From: Vulcanimicrobiota bacterium
Lineage (GTDB): Bacteria; Vulcanimicrobiota; Vulcanimicrobiia; Vulcanimicrobiales; Vulcanimicrobiaceae
NCBI GenBank assembly: GCA_963812155.1
Contig: CAWETW010000002.1
Location: 320,001-384,000 of the forward strand
Reading direction: 5' to 3'
Length of the DNA stretch: 64,000 nt
A model generated the notes under the pieces. That model did not search any database, was not told where the DNA came from, and saw only the letters and a list, made by a program, of their open reading frames with translations. The position numbers and the translations under genes were made by a program. This document shows positions 39,297 through 48,530 of this stretch, in pieces (the stretch's first letter is position 1; the number at the start of each line of letters is the position of its first letter).

Positions 39297-40112
39297 TTAC
39301 CGCTGACAGTTGCGGCACCACCAGGTTCCGCGTTGTCCGAGCACCGTTCGTACGATCGGTTTGCCGCAGCGCACGCAGGGTTCGGCCGAGTCTGCCCGTA
39401 GACCGCAAGCGCGTTTTGAAATCCGCCTCGGAGGCCGTCGGCATCCACGTAGTCGTCGACGCTCGTGCCGCGCATATCGATCGCGCGTTGCAAAACGTCT
39501 ACGATGGCGTGGTGTAGCCGGCGAATCGCCGGTTTCGTCAACGCCTCGTGCGGGACGGCTCGGACGGATCCGGGCCTCCCACAGCGCCTCGCATGCATAG
39601 ATGTTTCCAATGCCCGCGATGCGCCGCTGATCGAGGAGCAAAGCCTTGATCGGCGTCGTCCGCCCGGCCAGCATACCCAGAAAGGCTTGGACTGTAAAGC
39701 CTGGTGAGAGCGGCTCGACGCCCAGGTCGCGGTCCCAAGGCTCGCCCGCTTCGACGAGGCGCATCCGGCCGAAGGTGCGCACGTCGGCGAAGCTCAGCCG
39801 GCGACCGCCGCGGAACCACAGCACGACGTGGGTCCCGGCAAAGTCGCGTTCGCGGGTTCGCTGCACGACGAGCCGCCCGGTCATCCGCAGGCTGGTCACG
39901 AGGCGCCGTCCGGAATGCAAGTCCACGATCGCATACTTGCCGCGGCGGCGTACTCCCGCCACGCGATCGCCCGCGAGCGCGCGCTCGAAATGCGTGCCGG
40001 CCGGCGCAACGGCGATTTTCGGCAGGCGCACTTCGACGCGCTCGATGCGCTTGCCGACGATCGCGGCGGCGAGACCTCGGACGATCGTCTCGACCTCGGG
40101 AAGCTCCGGCAC
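39297..40112 (-). CDS. mutM: Formamidopyrimidine-DNA glycosylase (Fpg), compensating frameshifts near 39545 and 39390
   Basis: N-terminal PELPEVET, RRGKY, DVRTFG, LLDQRRIAGIGNIYACE, and C-terminal zinc finger CVRCG...CRNCQ. GTSVDDY lies in the alternate frame. Confidence 0.95.
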   Translation of the reverse strand: MPELPEVETIVRGLAAAIVGKRIERVEVRLPKIAVAPAGTHFERALAGDRVAGVRRRGKYAIVDLHSGRRLVTSLRMTGRLVVQRTRERDFAGTHVVLWFRGGRRLSFADVRTFGRMRLVEAGEPWDRDLGVEPLSPGFTVQAFLGMLAGRTTPIKALLLDQRRIAGIGNIYACEALWEARIRPSRPARGVDETGDSPATPRHRRRFATRDRYARHERRRLRGCRRPPRRISKRACGLRADSAEPCVRCGKPIVRTVLGQRGTWWCRNCQR

Positions 40113-40113
40113 G

Positions 40114-40569
40114 TTACGTTTTTGGAATCGCCAGGGTCACGCCGGGCGCGATGCCGTCGCGCGACGCTTCGCCCGCGGGAAGCTCGATGACGTATTTGGC
40201 TACGCCGTTTTCCCGCGGAATCGCATCGTCGGCCATCGAGGGCGGCGCCGGCGCGACGTTGCGAAAGACCGTGCGCACGCGTCCGTCCCCGGCGACGAAG
40301 ACCATGTCGAGCGGAACGAGCGTATTCTTCATCCAAAACCCGATCGGACCGTCGGAAGCGAAGACGAAGAGCATGCCGGTGTGCGCCGGGAGCGCGGTGC
40401 GATACATCAGTCCGCGCTCTTGCTGCGCCGGCGTCCTCGCAACTTCTAATCGAACGTCTGCCGAGGGCGCGTGCACGATGACGACCGGCAACCCGGTCGC
40501 GGCCGGCGTGGCGGCCGTCGTCGCGAAGGCAAGCGCGGCTGCGACGCTAACGCGGAATTTGTTCGACAT
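40114..40569 (-). CDS. DUF192 family exported protein
   Basis: EVARTPAQQERGLMYR, GMLFVF, FWMKNTLVPLDMVF and YVIELPAG. Confidence 0.92.
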   Translation of the reverse strand: MSNKFRVSVAAALAFATTAATPAATGLPVVIVHAPSADVRLEVARTPAQQERGLMYRTALPAHTGMLFVFASDGPIGFWMKNTLVPLDMVFVAGDGRVRTVFRNVAPAPPSMADDAIPRENGVAKYVIELPAGEASRDGIAPGVTLAIPKT

Positions 40570-43146
40570 CGTACCAGTTGCGACCCGACTTGAGGGTAAC
40601 TTCGAGCGGAACCGAGAGTTCCATCGCCGATTCCATGTGGTTTCGAACGAGATTGCCGACGTCGTCTCGCTGCGCGGCGGCGACTTCGAAGATCAGCTCG
40701 TCGTGAATTTGGAGCAGCATGGTCGCGTCCAAGCCCGATGCGCACAAGGCGCCGTCGACGTTCACCATCGCGAGCTTCATGAGGTCCGCGGCACTGCCTT
40801 GCAGCGGCGCGTTGGTCGCTTCGCGTTCGGCGGCGGCGCGCAGCATGTAGTTTCCCGACGTCAGCCCCGGCATGTAGCGGCGCCGCCCCAGAATCGTCGA
40901 GACGTAGCCGTTGCGGCGGCCGTCCTCGAGCGTTCGGTCGATGTAGGCACGCACCGACGGAAAGCGCGCGAAGTACGCGGTCGTGATCTCCTTGGCTTCG
41001 GCGCGCCCGATCTCGAGACGCTGCGCCAATCCGAAATCCGACATGCCGTAGAGGAGGCCGAAGTTCACGCTCTTGGCCATGCGCCGCTGATTGGCGTCGA
41101 CCCGCTCGCCGCCGGCGACGTTGAAGATTTGGCGCGCCGTGAAATCGTGAATGTCTTGCCCTTCCTCGAACGCGGCGCGCATCGCTTCGTCGCCCGAGAG
41201 GTGCGCCATGAGCCGCAGTTCGATTTGGCTGTAGTCGGCGGCCAGCAGCACGTAGCCGTCGCGCGCGACGAAGGCCCGGCGAATGCGGCGCCCGAGATCG
41301 CCGCGCACCGGAATGTTCTGCAGGTTCGGGTTGGTCGACGATAGCCGCCCGGTCGCCGTCGCCGTCTGATTGAAGACCGTGTGCAACCGTCCGTCGCGCG
41401 GGTCGACCAACTGCGGGATCACGTCGATGTAGGTATTCTTGAGCTTCGTCACTTCGCGCCATTCCAGCACCAGCGCGCAAATCGGGTACTCGCGCGCGAG
41501 CCCCTGCAGCACTTCGACGCCGGTGGCCCAGCCGGTCTTCGTCTTCTTGCCGCCCGGGATCGCGAGCTTCCCGAAGAGCACGTTTCCGAGCTGCTGCGGC
41601 GATCCGATGTTGAACTCTTCGCCGGCAAAGTCGAAGATCTGCCGCGCGAGACGCACCGCCGCATCGTCGACTTCGCGCCCGACCGCGCGCAGTTCCTCGG
41701 GATCGACGGCGATGCCGGCGCTCTCCATCCGGGCGAGAATCGGCGCGAGCGGAACCTCGACGTCTTCGTAAAGCCGTAGCTGATCGCGTTGCTCGAGCAG
41801 CGGGCGAGTTTCTCGATCATCTGCAGCGCCGCATCGGCGTGCGCCGCGGCCTCGCCCGGAACGCCGGAGTGCAAATGCGCGGCCGCCGCATCCTCGAGAT
41901 CGGAAGATCCTCGCGACGGATCGAGCAGGTGCGCGGCGATCATCGCGTCGTCGGCGAATCGCGTGTCGCGCACGCCGCCGTCGCGCAGCACGCGTGCGAC
42001 GCGTTTTGCGTCGTACGCGCCGGCGCGCCGCTTCCTCAAAAATCGACTGCACCGCGTCGCGCACGGCAGGTCTGCGCGAGCGCGCCGGCAGCGAACCCAA
42101 TGCCCGTACCGGCAGCCCCGCTCGCGCCGACGGCATCGCCGAGCACGGCGAAAGCGACGTACGGCGCCTTCGCGAGGGCGCGCAACGCTTCGGCGAGCTG
42201 CGCGAATTCCGGCGGATCGACCGAGGCGACGTAACTACGGTAGTCCCCTTCGAGCGTCTCCCGCCGGCGAAGAGCGGCAGATCGGCCGGCGGCTGCAGCT
42301 TCGCGAGCAGCGTCTTGAATTCGAGTTCGCTGTAGAGCGGATAGAGCTCCGCATCCGGAGGCCGTTCGTACGGCTCGATTCCCAATCGACGTGCAGCGGC
42401 AGATCGCGGCGCACGATCGAGACGGCGCGGCAGAAGCACGCCTGCTCGCCGTAGTCTTCGACGAGTTTCTGCAGCTTCGGGTTTCCCGCAAGCTCCGGGA
42501 TCGGCGACGAGCGCGTCGAGCGAACCGGCCGCTTGCAGCAGTTTGATCGCCGTCTTTTCGCCGACACCCGGGATGCCGGGCAGGTTATCCGACGGATCGC
42601 CTTTCAGTCCGCGATAGTCGGGCAGTTGCGCCGGCTCGCAACCCGAATCGTTCGCGCACGGCGGCGGGATCGTACCGGCCGAGATCGGTGATCCCGCGCC
42701 GCGTCGTCAGCACGGTCGTCCGATCGTCGACGATCTGCAGCAGATCGAGATCGCCGGTGACGACGACGGTTTGTTCGCCGGCCTCTTCGGCTTGACGCGC
42801 GAGCGTCGCGATGACGTCGTCGGCTTCCTGGCCTTCGATCTCGACGATCGGAATGCGATGCGCCGCGAGAATCTGGCGCACCAAGCGCAAACTGGCTGCG
42901 CAAATCGTCGGGCATCGCGTCACGCTGCGCCTTGTACTCCTTGTACAGCGCGACGCGTTCGGCCGGCATTCCTTTATCGAATGCGGCGATGACGTGCGTC
43001 GGCTTCTCGTCGGTGATGAGCTTGTTCAGCATCATCGTGAAGCCGTACGCGGCGTTGATCGGCACGCCGCGCGTCGTCGTCAGCCGCGGCAACGCAAAGA
43101 ACGCGCGATAGACCAACCCGTACGTGTCGAGCAGCATCAGGCTCAT
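40547..43146 (-). CDS. polA: DNA polymerase I, multiple apparent frameshifts between about 41800 and 42900
   Basis: 5'-3' exonuclease (LLDTYGLVYRAFFA, EADDVIATL, VVTGDLDLLQ, GDPSDNLPG) and polymerase motifs (TGRLSSTNPNLQNIP, ADYSQIELR, AKSVNFGLLYG, QGSAAD, LQIHDEL). Confidence 0.96.
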
Positions 43147-45533
43147 GCGATTCGACGCCTATCGTACGACGACGCTCGAGGATCGCGGCGCGACACGCGG
43201 CCGTCGTCGGAAATCTCGAGCACCGAGAGCGTATACCGTCCGCTCTGCGCGGGCATCTGCACCGCGAAGGCATCCCCGCCGGCGCGCACGACGCTCCACG
43301 ACACCACTTGCGTTTCGGCCTCGCGAGAGCGAGATCCTTGCGGCGGCTGCGTGCGGCGAACGAATCCGAGCACTTGCGCGTGATCGCCGGTCGAATCGAC
43401 CCACGGATGCCACGTCACTCCGGCCGGCGCGCTGCTCTGCGTCGACGCCAAACCGATCGCCAGCAGCGCCGGTGCCGAGTCGAACAGCGCGCTGCCGGAC
43501 GGCTCGCCGCGGCTGATGCGCACGACGACCGTTCCGCGTCGCCGGCGCCGCGCCGCGGAACGACACCTTCGCGGATTCACCGGGCGCGAAGCTTCCGTGC
43601 CATCGATCGCGAGCGAGACGAGTTGCGGCCGGCCGGGCGCTTCGAGCAGCAGCGGCACCGTCGTCCACTCGATCGCGCCGTCGCGCACGAACGCCGCTCC
43701 GACGCGCAGTTCGCCGGTCGCATCGCTCGCGCGATAGTGCGCTCGCGCGTGCCACCGCCGGCGCCGGCCACGTTGGCTTGCACGCCGAGCGCGCTCTCGA
43801 GCGTGAGCAGCGCGTCGCCGGACGATTGCGGCGCCTGCGCGTCGAGCACGACGTCGTCGCCGCTGCGATAGAGCGTTTTTTCGAGCGAGACGCGCACGTC
43901 GGCGCTGCCCCCGCCCGGCGCCGAGCCGACTGCGTGCGCATCGACGAGCACGGCGGCCGCATCCGTCGCGGTGCCTTGCGTCTCGACGCTTGCGAAAAGC
44001 AGATTCGTTCCCGGCGGCGGGCATCGAAGCTGCCGCGCGCGTGACCGTCGGCATCGAGCGTCGAGTTGTTGCTGCGCGACGGTCGCGCCGTGCGCGAGGC
44101 GCACGGTGACGGCCGCTCCGGCGAGCGGCTTCCCGATCGGCGACGTCGTTTGCGTACACGTCGAAGCCGACCGGCGTCGCGAGCGTTTGCTCGTCGCGGT
44201 CGAGCTGCAAACGCACGGCGGCGCGCGACGTCGGAACGACGATGCGCGTGTCGGCCGTCGCGCCGCCGGATTCGACGCGAACGCCGTAGGTCGACGCGAG
44301 TTCGTCGTTCGGTCGAGGGATCGTCACCGTCACGGCGCCGTCGGCGCCGGTGCGAATCGATTCGTCGATCCAAATGGTCGTCGCCCACGGCACGTCTTCG
44401 GAAACGTATCCGACGTAGACGTGCGGCGAGCGAACGACGGTCACGTGCACGATCGCATCGCCGCGCGAGGAACGAACCGTCAACGGCACGTCGTGATTGG
44501 GATCGCACGAACCGCCGCACGGCGCTGCGGCATCGAGCGAGAGGCCGGCAGCGTTGGCGTCGACGTGCACGGTCGCGCCGCCGACGCCGTCGTCGACTTG
44601 CGCGAGCACCGCGTAATCTCCGGCGGCGGCGGTGGCCGGTACGGCAAACGACGTTTCGAACGCGCCGGCCGCATCGAGCGGTACGCGGCGCTCGCCGACG
44701 AGCCTCGCTCCCAAGCGCAGCGATACGTTGGCGCTTCCGCCGCTCGGACGTAGCGCGTTGCCGGCGCGGCTGCGTGCGAAACCGACGATCCGAACGGTAT
44801 CGCCCGCGTGCACGACAGCCGAGTCGAGGCGCACGCCGACGATCGTCGTCGGCAGCGGCGCTTGCGGCAGGAGGCTCAGGAACGCATAGCTGTTGCCCCA
44901 TTGCGCGAGCGCGAAGACCGGACGCGGCGAACGCCGCCATTGCACCATTCCATTTCCATCCGTCGCCGTCGTTTCGAACTTGTCGTTCACGACGAACTGC
45001 ACGCGCATTCGCGGCAGCGCGCGACCGGTGCCCAAATCGGTGCCGTAGACGAGCAGCGCGCCCGGCGTTTCCTTCGAAACGAGCCCGACGCGCGTGCGAT
45101 TGATCCACACTTGTTCGCCGACGTCGCCGCGGCGCGCCTCGACGACGAAAAAGCCCTCGCGCGAACCGAGCTGCACGTCGATCTCGTTCGATTGAAACTG
45201 ATAGCCCCCGGGAGGCGTAAACGTGAACGAAACGACCGGACGGCGTCCGCGCGTCGAAATTGCGCGCGGACGCGCGTTGGAACCGGCCGTCAGCACGTCG
45301 ATCGGATCGACTTGATACACGGAAAAGAGTACCGGCGCGCTCGAATAGGTATCCAAGCGGACCGCCGTCGGCTTCCACGGCACGTTGGAATCGCCGGCAA
45401 ACAATGCAAAGTATGCGTCGAGCCGATGCGGATCGACGATCGAGCGCTCGGCACGAACCGGCAGCGCGCTCAGCGTAAACGCGAGCGCGAGGAGCCATAC
45501 GGCGCGCAGGGTCACGACGGCTGCTTCGTTCAA
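43143..45533 (-). CDS. Exported protein with alpha-2-macroglobulin-like (MG) domains, frameshifted in the 3' half
   Basis: Signal peptide, GLVSKE..GALLVYGTDLGTGRAL, DSAVVHAGDTVRIVGFAR, LDAAGAFETSFAVP and LEKTLYRSGDDV, all resembling bacterial A2M MG domains. No CxEQ thioester seen. Start approximate. Confidence 0.55.
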   Translation of the reverse strand: MNEAAVVTLRAVWLLALAFTLSALPVRAERSIVDPHRLDAYFALFAGDSNVPWKPTAVRLDTYSSAPVLFSVYQVDPIDVLTAGSNARPRAISTRGRRPVVSFTFTPPGGYQFQSNEIDVQLGSREGFFVVEARRGDVGEQVWINRTRVGLVSKETPGALLVYGTDLGTGRALPRMRVQFVVNDKFETTATDGNGMVQWRRSPRPVFALAQWGNSYAFLSLLPQAPLPTTIVGVRLDSAVVHAGDTVRIVGFARSRAGNALRPSGGSANVSLRLGARLVGERRVPLDAAGAFETSFAVPATAAAGDYAVLAQVDDGVGGATVHVDANAAGLSLDAAAPCGGSCDPNHDVPLTVRSSRGDAIVHVTVVRSPHVYVGYVSEDVPWATTIWIDESIRTGADGAVTVTIPRPNDELASTYGVRVESGGATADTRIVVPTSRAAVRLQLDRDEQTLATPVGFDVYANDVADREAARRSGRHRAPRARRDRRAATTRRSMPTVTRAAASMPAAGNESAFRKRRDARHRDGCGRRARRCARSRLGAGRGQRRRARLARKNALSQRRRRRARRAGAAIVRRRAAHARERARRASQRGRRRRWHARAHYRASDATGELRVGAAFVRDGAIEWTTVPLLLEAPGRPQLVSLAIDGTEASRPVNPRRCRSAARRRRRGTVVVRISRGEPSGSALFDSAPALLAIGLASTQSSAPAGVTWHPWVDSTGDHAQVLGFVRRTQPPQGSRSREAETQVVSWSVVRAGGDAFAVQMPAQSGRYTLSVLEISDDGRVSRRDPRASSYDRRRIA

Positions 45534-45619
45534 CGCCCTGCGACCGCCTAGTGTCCCAGTAGCCTCGAGCCGAACCCGTGAAGGTCGCGGCCCGGAGCGC
45601 GCGTAAGCGCTCGCAGGAT

Positions 45620-46168
45620 ATGAAGAAATCGTGCCTGGGTGCCGTCGGCCTCGCCGTGCTTGCGTTTGCATGTGCGCCTGCGCTCGCCGACACGACGCCG
45701 AAGCCGAGCGCATCGCCGCACATGATTAAAATTCCGCCGCCGCACCCTCCGCCGGTGGCGCTTCATGCCGAGTACGTGGTCGAGGTCAACAAAATGGGTC
45801 AGGTCGTGCGCATTAAATCGGGAAAGGGCACCAAGTACCCGAGTTTCAATTCGCAAACGTACGGCAACGCGTTGCAAATGTGGATCCGCAAGGCCGACGG
45901 TACCGCGGTGGTCGGTCTCTTCAAAGTGACCTACGACTACAATCCGAAAAACCACGCGATTTCGCGACGCGTCGCGCTGCTTTCGACCGGCGGGAATTGG
46001 GCCAACCAGCCCGGCGCGGCCAACGTCATGATCGACACGGCGAAGAAAGAAGCGCAAGAGGCGGCGAAACAAAAACAGCAGCAGCAACAGAAGCTGCCGT
46101 CGCTCAACACCATCACGGGCGGAAAGTCTCCCGCACCCAGCCCGCAGCCGACGATTCCGCACCGGTAG
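45620..46168 (+). CDS. Secreted hypothetical protein, possibly TonB C-terminal-like fold
   Basis: Signal peptide ending ALA, a Pro-rich stretch, VVEVNKMGQVVRIKSGKG...ALQMW, and a Q-rich tail. ATG at 45620 follows AGGA. Confidence 0.6.
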   Translation: MKKSCLGAVGLAVLAFACAPALADTTPKPSASPHMIKIPPPHPPPVALHAEYVVEVNKMGQVVRIKSGKGTKYPSFNSQTYGNALQMWIRKADGTAVVGLFKVTYDYNPKNHAISRRVALLSTGGNWANQPGAANVMIDTAKKEAQEAAKQKQQQQQKLPSLNTITGGKSPAPSPQPTIPHR

Positions 46169-46194
46169 TGCCGCAGTAGTTTGGCGGCCCGGCG

Positions 46195-47040
46195 ATGCGA
46201 TTCGTAACGTACTCGTATGGCGGCACGACGTCGCCCGGCGTCCTCGAAGGTGACCGCGTGCGACCGATCTCGACGGAAACGCTGCGCGACTACGTCGCGC
46301 TCGCCCCGCACGAGCGAATCGCATGGCACTCGGCCGAGGATCCGGTGCCGCTGCGCGAAGTGCGCCTGGAAGCGCCGCTACAGCCGGCGCGCAACGTCTT
46401 CTGCGTCGGCCGGAACTATCTCGACCACGCGAAGGAAGGAGCGCGCGCGTTCGGACGCGAGCTGAAGCTTCCGTCCGCCCCGACGTTCTTTACCAAGGCG
46501 CCGACGGCGATCTCCGCGCCCGGCGCGACGCTGCATCTGCCCGCGAGTCTTTCCGCCGAGTACGACTTCGAAGCCGAGCTGGCGGTCGTCATCGGCGCAA
46601 AGTGCAAAGACGTTTCCGTCGAGGACGCTCCGCACGTCGTGTTCGGCTATACGGCGCTCAACGACGTCACCGCTCGCAACATTCAACGCGAGCGCGGCCA
46701 ATGGTTCAAAGGGAAGAGCCTCGACGAAAGCTGCCCGCTCGGACCGTGGATCGTTTCGCGCGACGAAATCGACGACCCGCAGCAACTGGCGATCGCTTTT
46801 CGTCTCAACGGCGTCGAGAAGCAGCACGGCAACACGGCCGACATGCTTTTCCCGGTTGCCGCGATCGTTGCCGAGTTGAGCAAAGGCATGACGCTCTTAC
46901 CGGGCGACGTTATCGCGACCGGAACGCCCGCGGGCGTCGGATTCGCACGAACGCCGCCGGAGTTTTTGACCGACGGCGACGTCATGGAAGTCGAGATCGA
47001 GCGAATCGGCGTGCTGCGCAACGCCGTTTCGATCGCGTAA
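46195..47040 (+). CDS. Fumarylacetoacetate hydrolase family protein
   Basis: CVGRNYLDH, FFTK, DFEAELAVVIG, NDVTAR, KGKSLD and PGDVIATGTPAGVG. Confidence 0.94.
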   Translation: MRFVTYSYGGTTSPGVLEGDRVRPISTETLRDYVALAPHERIAWHSAEDPVPLREVRLEAPLQPARNVFCVGRNYLDHAKEGARAFGRELKLPSAPTFFTKAPTAISAPGATLHLPASLSAEYDFEAELAVVIGAKCKDVSVEDAPHVVFGYTALNDVTARNIQRERGQWFKGKSLDESCPLGPWIVSRDEIDDPQQLAIAFRLNGVEKQHGNTADMLFPVAAIVAELSKGMTLLPGDVIATGTPAGVGFARTPPEFLTDGDVMEVEIERIGVLRNAVSIA

Positions 47041-47097
47041 CCAACGTTTTCCGTCGTGTAGGGAGTCTCCAACCCCAAGCCGTATCAAAGGTTCCCT

Positions 47098-48219
47098 ATG
47101 ATCGTCGCCGTCCCACGTGAGCCGGGCGCTCGCGAGCGCCGGGTTGCGCTCGTGCCAGAAACCGTTGCAAGACTGGTCAAATCCGGGGTCGCGGTGCGCA
47201 TCGCGCGCGGTGCGGGCAACGCAGCGGCGTTTCCCGACGAACTCTACGAGAAAGCGGGCGCGGCCGTGGTCGACGGCGTGCACGATCTGGTCGGCGGCGC
47301 CGGCGCGGTGGTGTGCGTCGGACGCCCGAGTCCCGAGCTGCTCGCGGCGCTCGAACCCGGCACCATCGTCGTCGGCTTTCTCAATCCGCTCGGCGACCCG
47401 CCCTACGTCGAGTCGTTGGCGAACGCCGGCGTCAGCGCGCTGGCGATGGAGATGATTCCCCGGATTACGCGCGCGCAAGCGATGGACGCTCTCTCGTCGC
47501 AGAGCAACATCGCGGGGTATAAAGCCGTCCTGCTGGCCGCCGCCGCGCTGCCGAAGTTTTTTCCGATGCTCACCACCGCCGCGGGAACGATTCCGCCGGC
47601 GAAGGTGCTCGTGCTCGGCGCCGGAGTCGCGGGTCTGCAAGCGATCGCGACCGCCCGGCGTTTAGGCGCCGTGGTGAGCGGCTACGACGTGCGCGCGGCC
47701 GTCAAAGAACAAGTGCAATCGCTCGGCGCGACGTTTCTCGAGTTCGATCTCGGTGCGGATGCCGAGGGCGCCGGCGGTTATGCCAAAGAACTCACGCCGG
47801 AACAACAGGAACGGCAGCGCGCGTGGATGGTCGAACAGATCGGCATCAACGACGTCGTTATCACCACGGCGCTCGTTCCGGGGCGCAAAGCGCCGATTCT
47901 CGTCAGCGCCGCGGCGGTCGCAGCGATGAAGCCCGGCAGCGCGATCGTGGATCTCGCGGCCGAGGCCGGCGGAAACTGCGAACTCACCGTCGCCGATGAA
48001 ATCGTCACGTCGCCGAACGGCGTCACCATCGTCGGTACGACGAATTTGCCGTCGACGATGCCGTATCATGCGAGCCAGCTCTACTCGCGCAACGTCTTCG
48101 CCCTGCTGTCGCCGTGGCTGAAGGACGGGGAGATTACCATTGACATGAACGACGACGTTGCCAAGGGCGCGTGCGTCGCCGCCGGCGGACGCGTCTTAAA
48201 AGGAGGAAACGCCTCGTGA
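47098..48219 (+). CDS. pntA: NAD(P) transhydrogenase subunit alpha, part 1 (domain I)
   Basis: ERRVALVP, PRITRAQAMDALSSQ, GAGVAGLQAI, GGYAKEL and DLAAEAGGNC. Confidence 0.96.
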   Translation: MIVAVPREPGARERRVALVPETVARLVKSGVAVRIARGAGNAAAFPDELYEKAGAAVVDGVHDLVGGAGAVVCVGRPSPELLAALEPGTIVVGFLNPLGDPPYVESLANAGVSALAMEMIPRITRAQAMDALSSQSNIAGYKAVLLAAAALPKFFPMLTTAAGTIPPAKVLVLGAGVAGLQAIATARRLGAVVSGYDVRAAVKEQVQSLGATFLEFDLGADAEGAGGYAKELTPEQQERQRAWMVEQIGINDVVITTALVPGRKAPILVSAAAVAAMKPGSAIVDLAAEAGGNCELTVADEIVTSPNGVTIVGTTNLPSTMPYHASQLYSRNVFALLSPWLKDGEITIDMNDDVAKGACVAAGGRVLKGGNAS

Positions 48220-48530
48220 ACGATGCCTCGCACTACGTCAGCCTTTTGACCGTTCTGGTGCTGGCGGTTTTCGTCGGGTTCGAAGTCATTTCGAAGGTTC
48301 CGACGACGCTGCACACACCGCTGATGTCGGCCACGAACGCGATTCACGGCATCGTGCTCGCCGGCGCCATCGTCATCGTCGCGCAGCTCTTTGGAGCCGA
48401 CGTCAACACGCCGGGGTTTACGGTGCTGGCAATCGTGGCAGTGATGCTCGGCGCGATCAACGTCTTCGGCGGATTCGCGGTGACCGAGCGCATGCTGCAA
48501 ATGTTCCGGCGCAAAGAAAGCGGCAAATGA
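48216..48530 (+). CDS. NAD(P) transhydrogenase subunit alpha, part 2 (membrane)
   Basis: VPTTLHTPLMSATNAIHG and NVFGGFAVTERMLQMF. GTG start at 48216. Confidence 0.95.
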   Translation: MNDASHYVSLLTVLVLAVFVGFEVISKVPTTLHTPLMSATNAIHGIVLAGAIVIVAQLFGADVNTPGFTVLAIVAVMLGAINVFGGFAVTERMLQMFRRKESGK

